From an uncultured Candidatus Saccharibacteria bacterium (GTDB lineage: Bacteria; Patescibacteriota; Minisyncoccia; Phycocordibacterales; UBA1006), in the NCBI GenBank assembly GCA_964620085.1, contig CAZUIQ010000003.1, positions 16,912-74,345 of the forward strand: a DNA stretch of 57,434 bases, written 5' to 3'. Positions 45,661 to 55,064 of the stretch are shown here, in pieces. The position numbers and the translations under genes were made by a program. Each line of letters begins with the position of its first letter. Positions within the stretch are counted from its first letter, which is position 1. The notes under the pieces were generated by a model that did no database searches, was not told where the DNA came from, and worked only from the letters and a program-made list of their open reading frames with translations.

Positions 45661-46362
45661 TTATTTATTTTCATACTTCTGTTTTAAGAATTTATTAAAA
45701 GCCGTCATTGTTTTAATACTTTCATTTTGAGAGGTTTCAAGTATTCTAGGTTCTTTTTCAATAAGATTATTATAAAATAATTGATAATTAGCTTCATTCG
45801 TAAAATAAATATTAGGTGAAGCTAAATCTTTATTAATATAAATTTTATCTCCATATTCAGGAAAAGCGATTTTAAAATCCTCTATAAGATTAATCACTTT
45901 GTTTTTTTCAAATTCTATTTTTTTATTTTCCTTTACCTGTTCAGTTAAGTATTCATTATATTGTGGATGTTTTTTAAAACCCTCGTCAATATTTTTAAAA
46001 AAGAAATCATCAATTTCCTGGGAATATGTTTCAGGGCTACCGTCAAATTCAGGAAATCTTTCTTTTTCTAACCTAAAAGCATTATCTCGTAATTCATTAT
46101 CGATCTTATTTATAATAAAATCTGATTTAAATTCATTTTCAGTACCAAATAGTATATATCCAAAAGGATATGCCCAACCATCTATGTGTCCTTCGCATGA
46201 AGCAGATGTGTGAAATCCTAATAAGTTTAGATAAGTTACCTGTTCTATAATTCCTGGTTCAATCTCTTTTCCTAATCCATCAGTCTTATGAGAAAAATAT
46301 TCTAATTTCTCTTCAAATAATTTCCGTTTTGAAATATTTATATTTTCTAAATTTTGTTTCAT
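45661..46362 (-). CDS. hypothetical protein (233 aa) inserted between pheS and pheT
   Basis: Intact, visibly AT-richer ORF with 3-nt gaps on both sides. No family recognised. Confidence 0.5.
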   Translation of the reverse strand: MKQNLENINISKRKLFEEKLEYFSHKTDGLGKEIEPGIIEQVTYLNLLGFHTSASCEGHIDGWAYPFGYILFGTENEFKSDFIINKIDNELRDNAFRLEKERFPEFDGSPETYSQEIDDFFFKNIDEGFKKHPQYNEYLTEQVKENKKIEFEKNKVINLIEDFKIAFPEYGDKIYINKDLASPNIYFTNEANYQLFYNNLIEKEPRILETSQNESIKTMTAFNKFLKQKYENK

Positions 46363-46365
46363 AGT

Positions 46366-47094
46366 CTAGAATTGATTAATACGCACATCTCCTTGGAAGA
46401 AGAATCGGATGTCGGTGACGCCGTATTTAAGCATTGCCAATCGTTCAATTCCCATTCCAAATGCAAATCCTGAATATTTTTCTGCATCTATTCCTACATT
46501 TTTTAATACGTTTGGATGTACCATTCCCGCACCTAATACCTCGACCCATTTTTCTGTTCCATCTTTCATGGTCATTTTCACATCGACTTCAACTCCTGGT
46601 TCTACGAATGGGAAGAAACTTGGCCGTAAGCGAATTTCAGCCTCAGGTCCTGCAAATCGTTTAAAGAACTCAAGAAGTGTTCCCTTGAGATGGGCTAATG
46701 AAATATTTTTCCCAACCACCAGTCCTTCTACTTGGTGAAATTGTGCCTCATGCGTTGCATCGGTTGCCTCGTTACGAAATACTTTTCCGGGAACGATAAT
46801 AGCAATGGAATGATCATCCAAAGATTTTCCTGATTGTACAAATTCCTCCATAAATCGAATCTGGACTGGACTGGTATGAGTACGCAATACTTTTCCCTGC
46901 TCTCCACGAATCCAAAATGTGTCTTGCATATCACGCGCAGGATGGTCTTTCGGAACATTCAATGCATCAAAGTTATACCATTCGGTTTCCATTTCTGGAC
47001 CGGTTGCAACCGAAAATCCAAGATCGTTAAAAATACGCACGATATCATTAGTGATATGTGTTAATGGATGTAACGTTCCCTGTGACGGTGTCAT
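46366..47094 (-). CDS. pheS: phenylalanine--tRNA ligase alpha subunit (catalytic core only, 242 aa)
   Basis: [30 protein letters not shown] and [14 protein letters not shown]. Confidence 0.9.
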   Translation of the reverse strand: MTPSQGTLHPLTHITNDIVRIFNDLGFSVATGPEMETEWYNFDALNVPKDHPARDMQDTFWIRGEQGKVLRTHTSPVQIRFMEEFVQSGKSLDDHSIAIIVPGKVFRNEATDATHEAQFHQVEGLVVGKNISLAHLKGTLLEFFKRFAGPEAEIRLRPSFFPFVEPGVEVDVKMTMKDGTEKWVEVLGAGMVHPNVLKNVGIDAEKYSGFAFGMGIERLAMLKYGVTDIRFFFQGDVRINQF

Positions 47095-47132
47095 ATAGCG
47101 CTTATTCTATCAAAATTATACAAAAAAGCGAG

Positions 47133-47387
47133 CTAGTTGCTCGTTTCTTGGGCACTTTCTTCGTTTAACGATTCAGGCAATTCTTCGTGAGAGGAAATGT
47201 CGTGGTAGTGCACGGTATTTGGATCATCTTCCCTATGATCATTACTGGTTTCAAGCACCCCAGTTGTTGGACCTTGGGCAAGAAATTCTTTGTGATCTTT
47301 TACCGCTTCATCTGCTTTAACAGCAATACTGGTCCCCAGTGCTGCGGCAACTCCTCCAAGTCCTAAATTTTTAATCCATTCTTTCAT
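47133..47387 (-). CDS. small hypothetical protein (84 aa)
   Basis: The ORF has a hydrophobic N-terminus GLGGVAAALGTSIAV and an acidic tail. Confidence 0.4.
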   Translation of the reverse strand: MKEWIKNLGLGGVAAALGTSIAVKADEAVKDHKEFLAQGPTTGVLETSNDHREDDPNTVHYHDISSHEELPESLNEESAQETSN

Positions 47388-47410
47388 GACCTCATTGTAC
47401 TCCTTTTATG

Positions 47411-48832
47411 TTATTGCAACAACTTTTTCAAGATCTCTTGAACCAATCCTGGATTTGCAGACCCTTTAGTCTGTTTCATAATCTGTCCTACGAAGAACAT
47501 GAGGAGTTGTTCCTTCCCTGCTTTGTATTCTGCAACCACGTTTGGATTTGCATCTACGGCAGCCTGCGCAAGTGCCTTCAATGCACCTTCGTCATTCTGC
47601 TGAATAAGTCCTTTCTCGTTTGCAATGGTTTCTGGATCAGAATCATTTACAGTAATGATTGCAAGAATATCTTTTACTCCTCGTGAATTTAATTTTGCAT
47701 CTACACTCATCTGAATAAGCTTTGTAAAATTTTCTGCACTTGGATATGAAAGACTTGCATCCTTGGCAAGGAGTCCCAATAAATCAGAAGTAATATAGTT
47801 CGATGCTGTCTGCGCAAAATTTTTTTCTTTTCCACGTACCACGTGTTCAAAGTAATCTGAAAGTTTTGGATCATTGATATAGACCTCCACATCTCCTTCC
47901 TTGATTCCTAATAAGGTAAGTCGTTCTCGTTTCACCCAAGGCAATTCTGGAAGACCCGCTTGTAATGCTTCAAGGTTAAACATTTCATGCAGTTGCATCT
48001 TTGCAAGGTCGGGATCTGGGAAATAGCGATAATCATTACTGTTTTCCTTGCGACGCTGTGAATAGGTTCCTTGTTTCTGCTCATCCCATCCACGTGTTTC
48101 TTGAACAATTTCATCGCCTCGTCCTGCCTCATATAATCCAATCATTCGCTGGATCTCATAATCAATAGATTTTCCTGCCGCAGAGAAACTGTTGATGTTT
48201 TTTACTTCGACTTTGGTTGCGAATGTATTTGGATCTTCTGAAACAGAAACGTTTACCTCTACACGCATTTCACCTTTTTCCATGTTTGCATGACCTACAC
48301 CAAGGGTTCGGATTAATAACTGTAATTCTTTCCCAAATTTCATGGCTGTTTCTGCATCATGAATTACGGGCTCAGTTACCAGTTCCATAAGTGGTACTCC
48401 GGCACGGTTAAAATCAACTAACGAGAAATTTCCCTGGTCGTGTTTACTGTTCGCAGTGTCTTCCTCGAGGTGAATACGAGTAATAGCTACACCACCAAGT
48501 TTTCCCCCAGAAACGATAGGATATTTGTATTGAGAAATTTGGTAACCTTTTGGAATATCTGGATAGAAATAGTTTTTACGATCGAATTCAGAAAAATTGG
48601 CAATGTCTGCACCAATAGCAAGACCTACCTTGATAACGCTTTCAATAGCTGTTTTATTCGGCACGGGTAAAGTCCCTGGATGCGCCATACACACCGGACA
48701 AGTATTCACGTTCGGACGTGTTTCGTCTGCGTCATTTTTACATGCACAAAACATCTTTGTTTTTGTTGCGAGTTCAGCATGAACCTCCAACCCAATGGTT
48801 GGATAATAATTTTTCCCATTTACGGTAATCAT
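47411..48832 (-). CDS. gatB: Asp/Glu-tRNA amidotransferase subunit B
   Basis: Likely start MITVNGKNYYPTIGLEVHAEL at 48832. CPVCMAHPGTLP. YqeY-like C-terminal tail. Confidence 0.9.
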   Translation of the reverse strand: MITVNGKNYYPTIGLEVHAELATKTKMFCACKNDADETRPNVNTCPVCMAHPGTLPVPNKTAIESVIKVGLAIGADIANFSEFDRKNYFYPDIPKGYQISQYKYPIVSGGKLGGVAITRIHLEEDTANSKHDQGNFSLVDFNRAGVPLMELVTEPVIHDAETAMKFGKELQLLIRTLGVGHANMEKGEMRVEVNVSVSEDPNTFATKVEVKNINSFSAAGKSIDYEIQRMIGLYEAGRGDEIVQETRGWDEQKQGTYSQRRKENSNDYRYFPDPDLAKMQLHEMFNLEALQAGLPELPWVKRERLTLLGIKEGDVEVYINDPKLSDYFEHVVRGKEKNFAQTASNYITSDLLGLLAKDASLSYPSAENFTKLIQMSVDAKLNSRGVKDILAIITVNDSDPETIANEKGLIQQNDEGALKALAQAAVDANPNVVAEYKAGKEQLLMFFVGQIMKQTKGSANPGLVQEILKKLLQ

Positions 48833-48846
48833 GACGCTATCATAGC

Positions 48847-48919
48847 AAAATAAGGGTTTTTCAGGTACTTGACATCTTTGAATAGTCATGATAAGCTAGA
48901 ACCAGAACAATGTCGTTCT
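48847..48919 (+). promoter_or_regulatory. promoter plus palindromic operator module, copy 1
   Basis: A 28-nt block AAAATAAGGGTTTTTCAGGTACTTGACA is identical to 49325..49352. TTGACA, a 17-nt spacer and TAAGCT follow, then AGAAC-aatgtc-GTTCT at 48904..48919. Confidence 0.6.
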
Positions 48920-48936
48920 AATAAAATTTAATTAAC

Positions 48937-49233
48937 ATGGAAAATAACATGGAAAACAAATCTGATTCATGTTCTAAAAAAGTAGCGACCTTAGGGGCTT
49001 TAGCGTTTATTGCTGGACTAATTGCAGTACTCTCATTCTGGGGATGCCTTTATTACAAAGGCAAATACGAATTAACTCAAAGTAAAATTGACCTCGAAAT
49101 TGAAATGAAAAAAATTGAAATGGCTGCTGTTGCAAACCCGCGACCTTCTTCTACTGAAGAATCACAGCGAAATAAAACAGAATTTGATAAACTCAGAAAA
49201 GAGTCTGATAAACTGCTCTACTTAAAACGCTAA
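48937..49233 (+). CDS. small membrane protein (98 aa)
   Basis: MENNMENKSDS...KK N-terminus and one TM helix LGALAFIAGLIAVLSFWG. It has its own promoter module and terminator. Confidence 0.5.
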   Translation: MENNMENKSDSCSKKVATLGALAFIAGLIAVLSFWGCLYYKGKYELTQSKIDLEIEMKKIEMAAVANPRPSSTEESQRNKTEFDKLRKESDKLLYLKR

Positions 49234-49265
49234 AACGCTAAAACGTTAAAAGGTCTTCGATGGTT

Positions 49266-49299
49266 AATTACCAATCCTGTAAGGGTTGGTAATTTTTTT
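49266..49299 (+). terminator. rho-independent terminator
   Basis: AATTACCAA-N11-TTGGTAATT then TTTTT. Confidence 0.6.
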
Positions 49300-49324
49300 A
49301 TATTGAAACACTAGTGCAGGAAGT

Positions 49325-49398
49325 AAAATAAGGGTTTTTCAGGTACTTGACACTTATGTATAAACGTAGTAATCTATTCATAGAACGATATTGTTCTA
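49325..49398 (+). promoter_or_regulatory. promoter plus palindromic operator module, copy 2
   Basis: The same 28-nt block is present. TTGACA, a 17-nt spacer and TAATCT follow, then the perfect palindrome TAGAAC-gatatt-GTTCTA at 49381..49398. Confidence 0.6.
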
Positions 49399-49410
49399 TA
49401 AAAAAAACGA

Positions 49411-49848
49411 ATGAATATGGAAAATCAATCTAGTTCTATTTTTAAAAAAGCAGGTATCTTCGTAGTTATTGTTGTAACGTACATCCTGCTCAATATGATT
49501 GCCTTCTTTACAGAAAATTTAAGGACCTCATTGGTACTAGTCCTTGTGGCTACTTTTGTTGCCGGGGCGGCATTTTTAGAAGTTACCTATCCAGGAAAGT
49601 ATCTCAAATTATTACCTCTAAGAATGTTGATTGAGCGTTGGGTTGCTGCGATCATTATAGCAATTGCCTTTTTAGTAATCGCTGTGCTCATTATCGTAAA
49701 TGGACATGCGATAAAGAAAATAAAAACAACACAAAAAACCTCTGCGGTGACAGCAGAGGTTTTTCATTTGGTTGTATTGTCTCCCTTCTTCGCTAAGGCT
49801 ACGAATGGGCACGCAAAAATTTTACTAACCCATCAGAGATCTCCTTGA
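49411..49848 (+). CDS. small polytopic membrane protein (145 aa as an open frame)
   Basis: MNMENQSSS...KK N-terminus resembles the preceding gene. Three to four TM helices. The last 30 codons or so lie beyond a terminator hairpin and overlap the obg 3' end. Confidence 0.45.
   Translation: MNMENQSSSIFKKAGIFVVIVVTYILLNMIAFFTENLRTSLVLVLVATFVAGAAFLEVTYPGKYLKLLPLRMLIERWVAAIIIAIAFLVIAVLIIVNGHAIKKIKTTQKTSAVTAEVFHLVVLSPFFAKATNGHAKILLTHQRSP
49733..49765. terminator. bidirectional hairpin terminator
   Basis: AACCTCTGC-ggtgaca-GCAGAGGTT is flanked by AAAAAA and TTTTT. It lies about 35 nt downstream of the obg stop. Confidence 0.6.
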
Positions 49849-50779
49849 TACTTGCATCATCAAACGCAGAAATGACAAACGAAGATTTTCCTTTGGTATA
49901 TTTCGCCATCGATTTCAACTTTGCTTGTAATGTTTTTTCATCAACAGAGTCAGATTTAGTAAAGATGATGATTTCATTCTTCTCGAGCAATGTTGGATCG
50001 TAATGTTCCAATTCAGCCTTTACGGTTGTATAGTCACTTACTAAGTCTTCTGAATCAAGTGCTAGTACATGGGCAATAGCCTTGGTACGAGAGATATGTT
50101 TCAAGAATTTTGTTCCAAGTCCCTTCCCTTCACTTGCTCCTTCAATCAATCCTGGAATATCAGCAATAATAAATTCATAAAAAGCTCCGAGGTGTGGATC
50201 AAGGGTGGTGAAATGATACTCAGCCACTTTTGATTTCGCATTGGTAAGTGCATTGATCAGTGTAGATTTACCTGCAGACGGTAACCCAACCAGTCCTACA
50301 TCAGCGAAGAGTCGTAACTGAATATCAAATTCAGCAAATTCACCTGATTTTCCAGGAGTACATTCTTTAGGTGTTGTGTTTCGTGATGATTTAAAATATT
50401 CATTTCCAAGTCCACCTCGTCCACCTTTAAGAATGAGGGTTTTTTGTCCTGCACGTTCCATGAGGAATGCTTCGCCTGTTTCCTTGTTCGTCAAAACGGT
50501 TCCTACAGGGAATTGAAGCACGAGCTCTTCACCATCAGGACCTTTACGTCCCCAGTTTGCTCCAGGCATACCATGAGGTGCTTGGAAATCTTTTTTTGTA
50601 CGATAAAAATCAAGGTATCCAATGTCAGGTACCGCAAGGGCAAATACATCGCCACCCGTTCCACCGTTACCGCCTCCTGGGCCTGATAATGGCTTCCCTT
50701 TTTCCTGGCGCCATCGAACGACCCCATCGCCTCCGCGACCGGCTCGTAAATTTAGTTGGACTTCATCGAGGAGTGCCAT
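49799..50779 (-). CDS. obg: GTPase Obg/CgtA
   Basis: Glycine-rich Obg fold GRGGDGVVRWRQEK and GGGNGGTGGDV. G1 motif GLVGLPSAGKSTL. Confidence 0.9.
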   Translation of the reverse strand: MALLDEVQLNLRAGRGGDGVVRWRQEKGKPLSGPGGGNGGTGGDVFALAVPDIGYLDFYRTKKDFQAPHGMPGANWGRKGPDGEELVLQFPVGTVLTNKETGEAFLMERAGQKTLILKGGRGGLGNEYFKSSRNTTPKECTPGKSGEFAEFDIQLRLFADVGLVGLPSAGKSTLINALTNAKSKVAEYHFTTLDPHLGAFYEFIIADIPGLIEGASEGKGLGTKFLKHISRTKAIAHVLALDSEDLVSDYTTVKAELEHYDPTLLEKNEIIIFTKSDSVDEKTLQAKLKSMAKYTKGKSSFVISAFDDASIKEISDGLVKFLRAHS

Positions 50780-50823
50780 AAGGTAGTTACTTTACATCAT
50801 TTTTGATAAAAAGTCCAGTTTTC

Positions 50824-51732
50824 CTATGACTCAAGTGCTATTCGTGCCATTTTTAAGGCATTCTCTTTTGATACGGCAGCAAAGAGAAATCCTGATGAGT
50901 GACAGAAGGTTGCATCTGGAATACCGCTCACCTGTTGCAGTGCCTCACCATTGAGTCCACGCCACGCATGAGGTGCTAATTTTCGTGAATCCATTACCGT
51001 TGGAGTTAGTGGAACAGCTTCTACTTTCCAGTAGTCAGATCCTTTATTGTAGTACACGGCAAAAATTGGTTCAGAATATTCTGCAAGACGCTTCCATGTG
51101 GGTCGTGCATAGTTTTTATCAAAAACAATAATTTGTTTATCTTCTGAATTTCTATAAATAGCAGAGGCGTCCTGAAATGCTTTTTCTAATACTTCACAAG
51201 CATTTAGTGCTCTCAAGAGGATGCCTCGTATAAATTCTGAAGCTTGTTCAAATGCAGTAAGGATCTCATCGGGGTTTATTTCTGTATCAAATGTGAGAGT
51301 TTCAAAATTGGCAACATGAATACCAAGACTGGTGTACCCTGTATTTTCAAAAAGAAGTTTTCCAATATAATTCTGACCATTATCAACCGCATCGAGTTCC
51401 GAGATGATTCCCTTGTCTATTTGTGACCAAACCGTTTCATTTGAACAGAGTTCCATTCCAAAATGTTTCCATATAAGTCCGGCAGATGCGTATAATATTC
51501 CATTCTCTCGGGCACCAGCTCGTTCTCGTTGGTGATGGTCGTAACGGTTTGTTTCTGGATCATAGATATCGCCTACATCAAAAACAATATCAGCAGTAGT
51601 AATAATTTCTGGATCACGACTACGAATAATTTCCCAAGTTTCACCTCGTCTAGTTAATACTTCTTTTAAAATTGCATAGGCGGTTACATCATCGGCATGG
51701 AATCCATTACTATGAGTTACAAGTTTTTTCAT
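50824..51732 (-). CDS. MYG1 (UPF0160) family metal-dependent hydrolase/exonuclease
   Basis: VTHSNGFHADDVTAYAIL ... YDHHQRE. Confidence 0.85.
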   Translation of the reverse strand: MKKLVTHSNGFHADDVTAYAILKEVLTRRGETWEIIRSRDPEIITTADIVFDVGDIYDPETNRYDHHQRERAGARENGILYASAGLIWKHFGMELCSNETVWSQIDKGIISELDAVDNGQNYIGKLLFENTGYTSLGIHVANFETLTFDTEINPDEILTAFEQASEFIRGILLRALNACEVLEKAFQDASAIYRNSEDKQIIVFDKNYARPTWKRLAEYSEPIFAVYYNKGSDYWKVEAVPLTPTVMDSRKLAPHAWRGLNGEALQQVSGIPDATFCHSSGFLFAAVSKENALKMARIALES

Positions 51733-51806
51733 ATAATGTCATTCTAGCATACAGTGGATAAATTTGACCTACCTTGAATAATATGTTTATATAAAAAGAA
51801 AAAAAT

Positions 51807-52343
51807 ATGGAAATGAACAAGATTCTTTATATTATACGCAGCCTCCCTGGTGCAGGAGGAAGTACTACTGCAAAAATCCTTGCTCATGGAATTCCATCAG
51901 CAATTCTTTCACTAGATGATTACCGTAAGGATGGTTCTGGGAATTATAAGTACACACCCTATGATCCAACCAAGGAGAACTTTATTCTTAATGCGTTGGA
52001 TCAGAAATATGATCACCATCTTCAGAATGGAACTCCCTTGATTATTATTGATAATGTTAACTACAGAAAGTGGCACGTAGACCATTTTAGAATTCCCGCT
52101 GAAAAGTATGGCTATAGGGTAATCATTCTTGAAATTCCTCACGAAGATCCTGCGGTACTTACTACAAGAAGTATCCACGAAGTACCTATTGAGAAAATTG
52201 AGAAAATGATGATTCGTTGGGACTACATCGGACACACGGTACGATGGAAACGATTAGTTCGTTTTGTACGAAAAAGCCTCAAGTACCCATTCCATCTCAT
52301 TTTTCCAACTTGGATAAAAGACCCATTTCCTCAAAAAGGGTGA
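51807..52343 (+). CDS. P-loop NTPase/kinase-like protein (AAA_33-like, tentative)
   Basis: Degenerate Walker A in IIRSLPGAGGSTTAKIL and a Walker-B-like LIIIDNVN. Confidence 0.5.
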   Translation: MEMNKILYIIRSLPGAGGSTTAKILAHGIPSAILSLDDYRKDGSGNYKYTPYDPTKENFILNALDQKYDHHLQNGTPLIIIDNVNYRKWHVDHFRIPAEKYGYRVIILEIPHEDPAVLTTRSIHEVPIEKIEKMMIRWDYIGHTVRWKRLVRFVRKSLKYPFHLIFPTWIKDPFPQKG

Positions 52344-52375
52344 GTTAAAAAGCGCTTCGTGCAGAGGCGCTTTTT

Positions 52376-52990
52376 TTATATCATGTCTTTTGTCATAACG
52401 AATTCGTGCAAGGATCCGTTTTTAATACGCAAATGCCTCAGGAGGGTCGGTGCTGTTTTTGCAAATAGATTGTGATAGGTTGATTTAATTGATTCAACAC
52501 TTGCAACAACAAGAACTACTTCATCAGGATGTTTAGTGAGAAGTTCTTTGAGAAATCCTTGTACGCGCATATGTACATCAGCTGCAGATTCGCCACCCCA
52601 AGGATGAAAATTGAAGGTATCATCATTGATGGTTTTTTGAAAATCAATTCCAGTAATTTCTTGCATTTCGTCAAAAGATTTATGATCAAGTGCTCCACAA
52701 AATGAGGCATTCATGCGTTCATCGATAACGTAAGGCACGTCTAAATATTTTTCTTGGATGATGTCTGCTGATTGTTTGGTCCGGATGTGGTTATTGCAAT
52801 AAAATACGTCGATAGAATCGGGTAGTTTTTGTAGTACCTTTTTAATCTGTTCAATTCCTTCTTCAGTCAACGGTAAATCGCGACTGTCTACCGGAGAACT
52901 ACTTCCGGTACCACTTTTTTTATGCTCCGTGAGTTCACGGAGATGTTTGTTGTGCTCGCTTTCCCCGTGACGAATCATGTAAAGTTTCAT
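52376..52990 (-). CDS. histidine phosphatase (phosphoglycerate-mutase-like) family protein
   Basis: Likely start MKLYMIRHGESEHN at 52990, which includes the RHG motif. Confidence 0.8.
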   Translation of the reverse strand: MKLYMIRHGESEHNKHLRELTEHKKSGTGSSSPVDSRDLPLTEEGIEQIKKVLQKLPDSIDVFYCNNHIRTKQSADIIQEKYLDVPYVIDERMNASFCGALDHKSFDEMQEITGIDFQKTINDDTFNFHPWGGESAADVHMRVQGFLKELLTKHPDEVVLVVASVESIKSTYHNLFAKTAPTLLRHLRIKNGSLHEFVMTKDMI

Positions 52991-53011
52991 GGTTGTAGTA
53001 TACTGAAATAT

Positions 53012-53416
53012 ATGCAAAAAACCATATTCGAGAAAATTATCGATCGAGAGATTCCGGCGGATATTGTCTACGAGGACGACATTTGTATTGGATTTCTAGA
53101 TATTTCACCGGTTAAAAAAGGTCACGTACTACTTGTTTCCAAGTCTCCCTTTACTTGGATTCAAGACGTTCCTGATGCTGAACTCTCCCATATTATGATA
53201 GTTGTTAAAAAAATTATTGAAGGAATGAAAATTGGGATTTCTGCTGATTATGTACAAGTAGGAATTGTTGGTACTGAGGTTCCGCATTTCCATATACACC
53301 TTATTCCTCACATGTTGAGTGATCAGATTGAAACATCACATACGCGCCCAGTTGATCACTATAAGGACAACTTCGAAAAGAATGAGTATGTTCAGAAAAT
53401 AAAAAACTCCTTGTAA
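53012..53416 (+). CDS. HIT family protein
   Basis: Likely start MQKTIFEKIIDREIPADIVYEDD at 53012. Histidine triad HFHIHLIP. Confidence 0.85.
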   Translation: MQKTIFEKIIDREIPADIVYEDDICIGFLDISPVKKGHVLLVSKSPFTWIQDVPDAELSHIMIVVKKIIEGMKIGISADYVQVGIVGTEVPHFHIHLIPHMLSDQIETSHTRPVDHYKDNFEKNEYVQKIKNSL

Positions 53417-53430
53417 CAAGGAGCTTTTTA

Positions 53431-53775
53431 TTAATCTACGAGCAGGTGTACTAACCAAAGCACAAGAGAAATCAAGAGAGATCCCAAGAGTGCTGCAATG
53501 AAACCAGAAATAATAAATCCTGGAACAAAATAGGCCGCTCCCCAGAAAAGAAGTGCATTCAACACGATTCCAAATAATCCGAGAGTAAGAATATTAATAG
53601 GAAGCGTAAGGAGTGTGAGTATTGGTTTGATAATCAAGTTTATAAGACCGAGAACGAGTCCGGCAATAAGTGCGGTGCTTAACGAAACTATGGTAATTCC
53701 TGGAATGAGACGTTCAGCAAGAACAACTGCCGCAGAGAGGATAATCCATTTAAAAATAAGTTTGAGGATAAACAT
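53431..53775 (-). CDS. 4-TMS holin-superfamily-IV-like membrane protein (YvlD/PF04020-like)
   Basis: LLTLPINILTLGLFGIVLNALLFWGAAYFVPGF. Confidence 0.7.
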   Translation of the reverse strand: MFILKLIFKWIILSAAVVLAERLIPGITIVSLSTALIAGLVLGLINLIIKPILTLLTLPINILTLGLFGIVLNALLFWGAAYFVPGFIISGFIAALLGSLLISLVLWLVHLLVD

Positions 53776-53781
53776 AAATAA

Positions 53782-54234
53782 TTAGAAAAGTGATTCTACA
53801 ACCGCTTTGACATCATCTCCATTTGCCTTCCCTTTTAAATCTTTCATAAGAGCACCAACAAGTTGTCCAAGTTTAGATTTATCATCGGCACCCAGCTCAG
53901 CCTTTTTAGCTGCTGCAATAGGGCGAATCTCATCAAGGGTCATCATAGTGGGAAGGTATTCTTCAAGTACTGCAAGTTCTAATTTTTCATCAGCAGCGAG
54001 ATCTTCTCGTCCTCCTTCGGTGTACTGTGTAATAGAATCCTTGCGACGTTTTGCTTCGCGGGTAATGATCGCAATAACTTCCTCATCGTTGAGTTCACCT
54101 TGAGGACCTCGGCCGAGGTTTACGGCTTCGTTCATGAAGGCACTTGAAAGTCCTCGGAGAACTGTAAGTCGTGTCATATCTTTGTTCTTCATAGCATCCT
54201 TGATGCCGTCTTTGATCGTTGTTTGTAGTGACAT
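53782..54234 (-). CDS. yqeY: GatB/YqeY domain protein
   Basis: MSLQTTIKDGIKDAMKNKDMTRLTVLRGLSSAF ... KGKANGDDVKAVVESL. Confidence 0.85.
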   Translation of the reverse strand: MSLQTTIKDGIKDAMKNKDMTRLTVLRGLSSAFMNEAVNLGRGPQGELNDEEVIAIITREAKRRKDSITQYTEGGREDLAADEKLELAVLEEYLPTMMTLDEIRPIAAAKKAELGADDKSKLGQLVGALMKDLKGKANGDDVKAVVESLF

Positions 54235-54294
54235 AGGTTTATATTATAACATAAAAAAAGCAGCACTCAAGGAATGCTGCTTTATCTCGCTCAA

Positions 54295-54936
54295 CTAAGC
54301 AATTTTTTTATCTGGAAATTTTCCAAGAGGTAAACCAGTAAACCATGTTCCTGTTTTGGTACCATCACGATAAAAATCCACGTTACAGCGACTGCAAGTA
54401 AATAGTTTTTTCTTTGAAACCTTATTAAAGAATTTCCCGGTACCATTGCCACAACTTGGACAAAATACTTGACGCTCTTTCCAGTTATCATAGAAATCTT
54501 TTAGTAATTCATCATTATCCAAAAGTTTTGCAAGGGATACAATGCTTTCCCGTCCAACATTGGTTCCAAACCAACGAAAAACCGAATGAATCACAACGTC
54601 TACTAAGTCTTCATTTTCTCTAAGTCTTCTTGCAAGATCCTGCTCTTTTTTATCAAGCAATGAGAAGGCACTTCCCCCAAAGGGTGAAAATGGTGCTGGG
54701 CGTTCTGGATTCAGATCCATACAAAGCGAGAACTTTTTGAGTCCGTGAAGTATATTCCCGTCACTCGCTCGATCGTTGAGAAGCCAGTTGACAGCAAATC
54801 TTTCACGCATTGAGGAAAATGTCCCATCCTCCATTTTGATTTTGAGAATGACTTTGAATGTTCTGTTGTTTAAATCAGTACGATAGGCCTCAGGAGGCCT
54901 AGGAACTGTGGTCGTTGATTGCTTTAAAGCTGTCAT
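54295..54936 (-). CDS. hypothetical protein with a C-terminal CxxC...CxxC zinc ribbon (213 aa)
   Basis: CPSCGNG...CSRCN. No family recognised. Confidence 0.45.
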   Translation of the reverse strand: MTALKQSTTTVPRPPEAYRTDLNNRTFKVILKIKMEDGTFSSMRERFAVNWLLNDRASDGNILHGLKKFSLCMDLNPERPAPFSPFGGSAFSLLDKKEQDLARRLRENEDLVDVVIHSVFRWFGTNVGRESIVSLAKLLDNDELLKDFYDNWKERQVFCPSCGNGTGKFFNKVSKKKLFTCSRCNVDFYRDGTKTGTWFTGLPLGKFPDKKIA

Positions 54937-55064
54937 AATTATGAAGTTTGTTTGATTTCATAATACTTTACTTAATACTATTTGTCAAATAGCTCGTATA
55001 CTTTACATATATTATAATATGTGCTATTATCTATATTAGAAATTATTCACTAAAAATATTTGTC

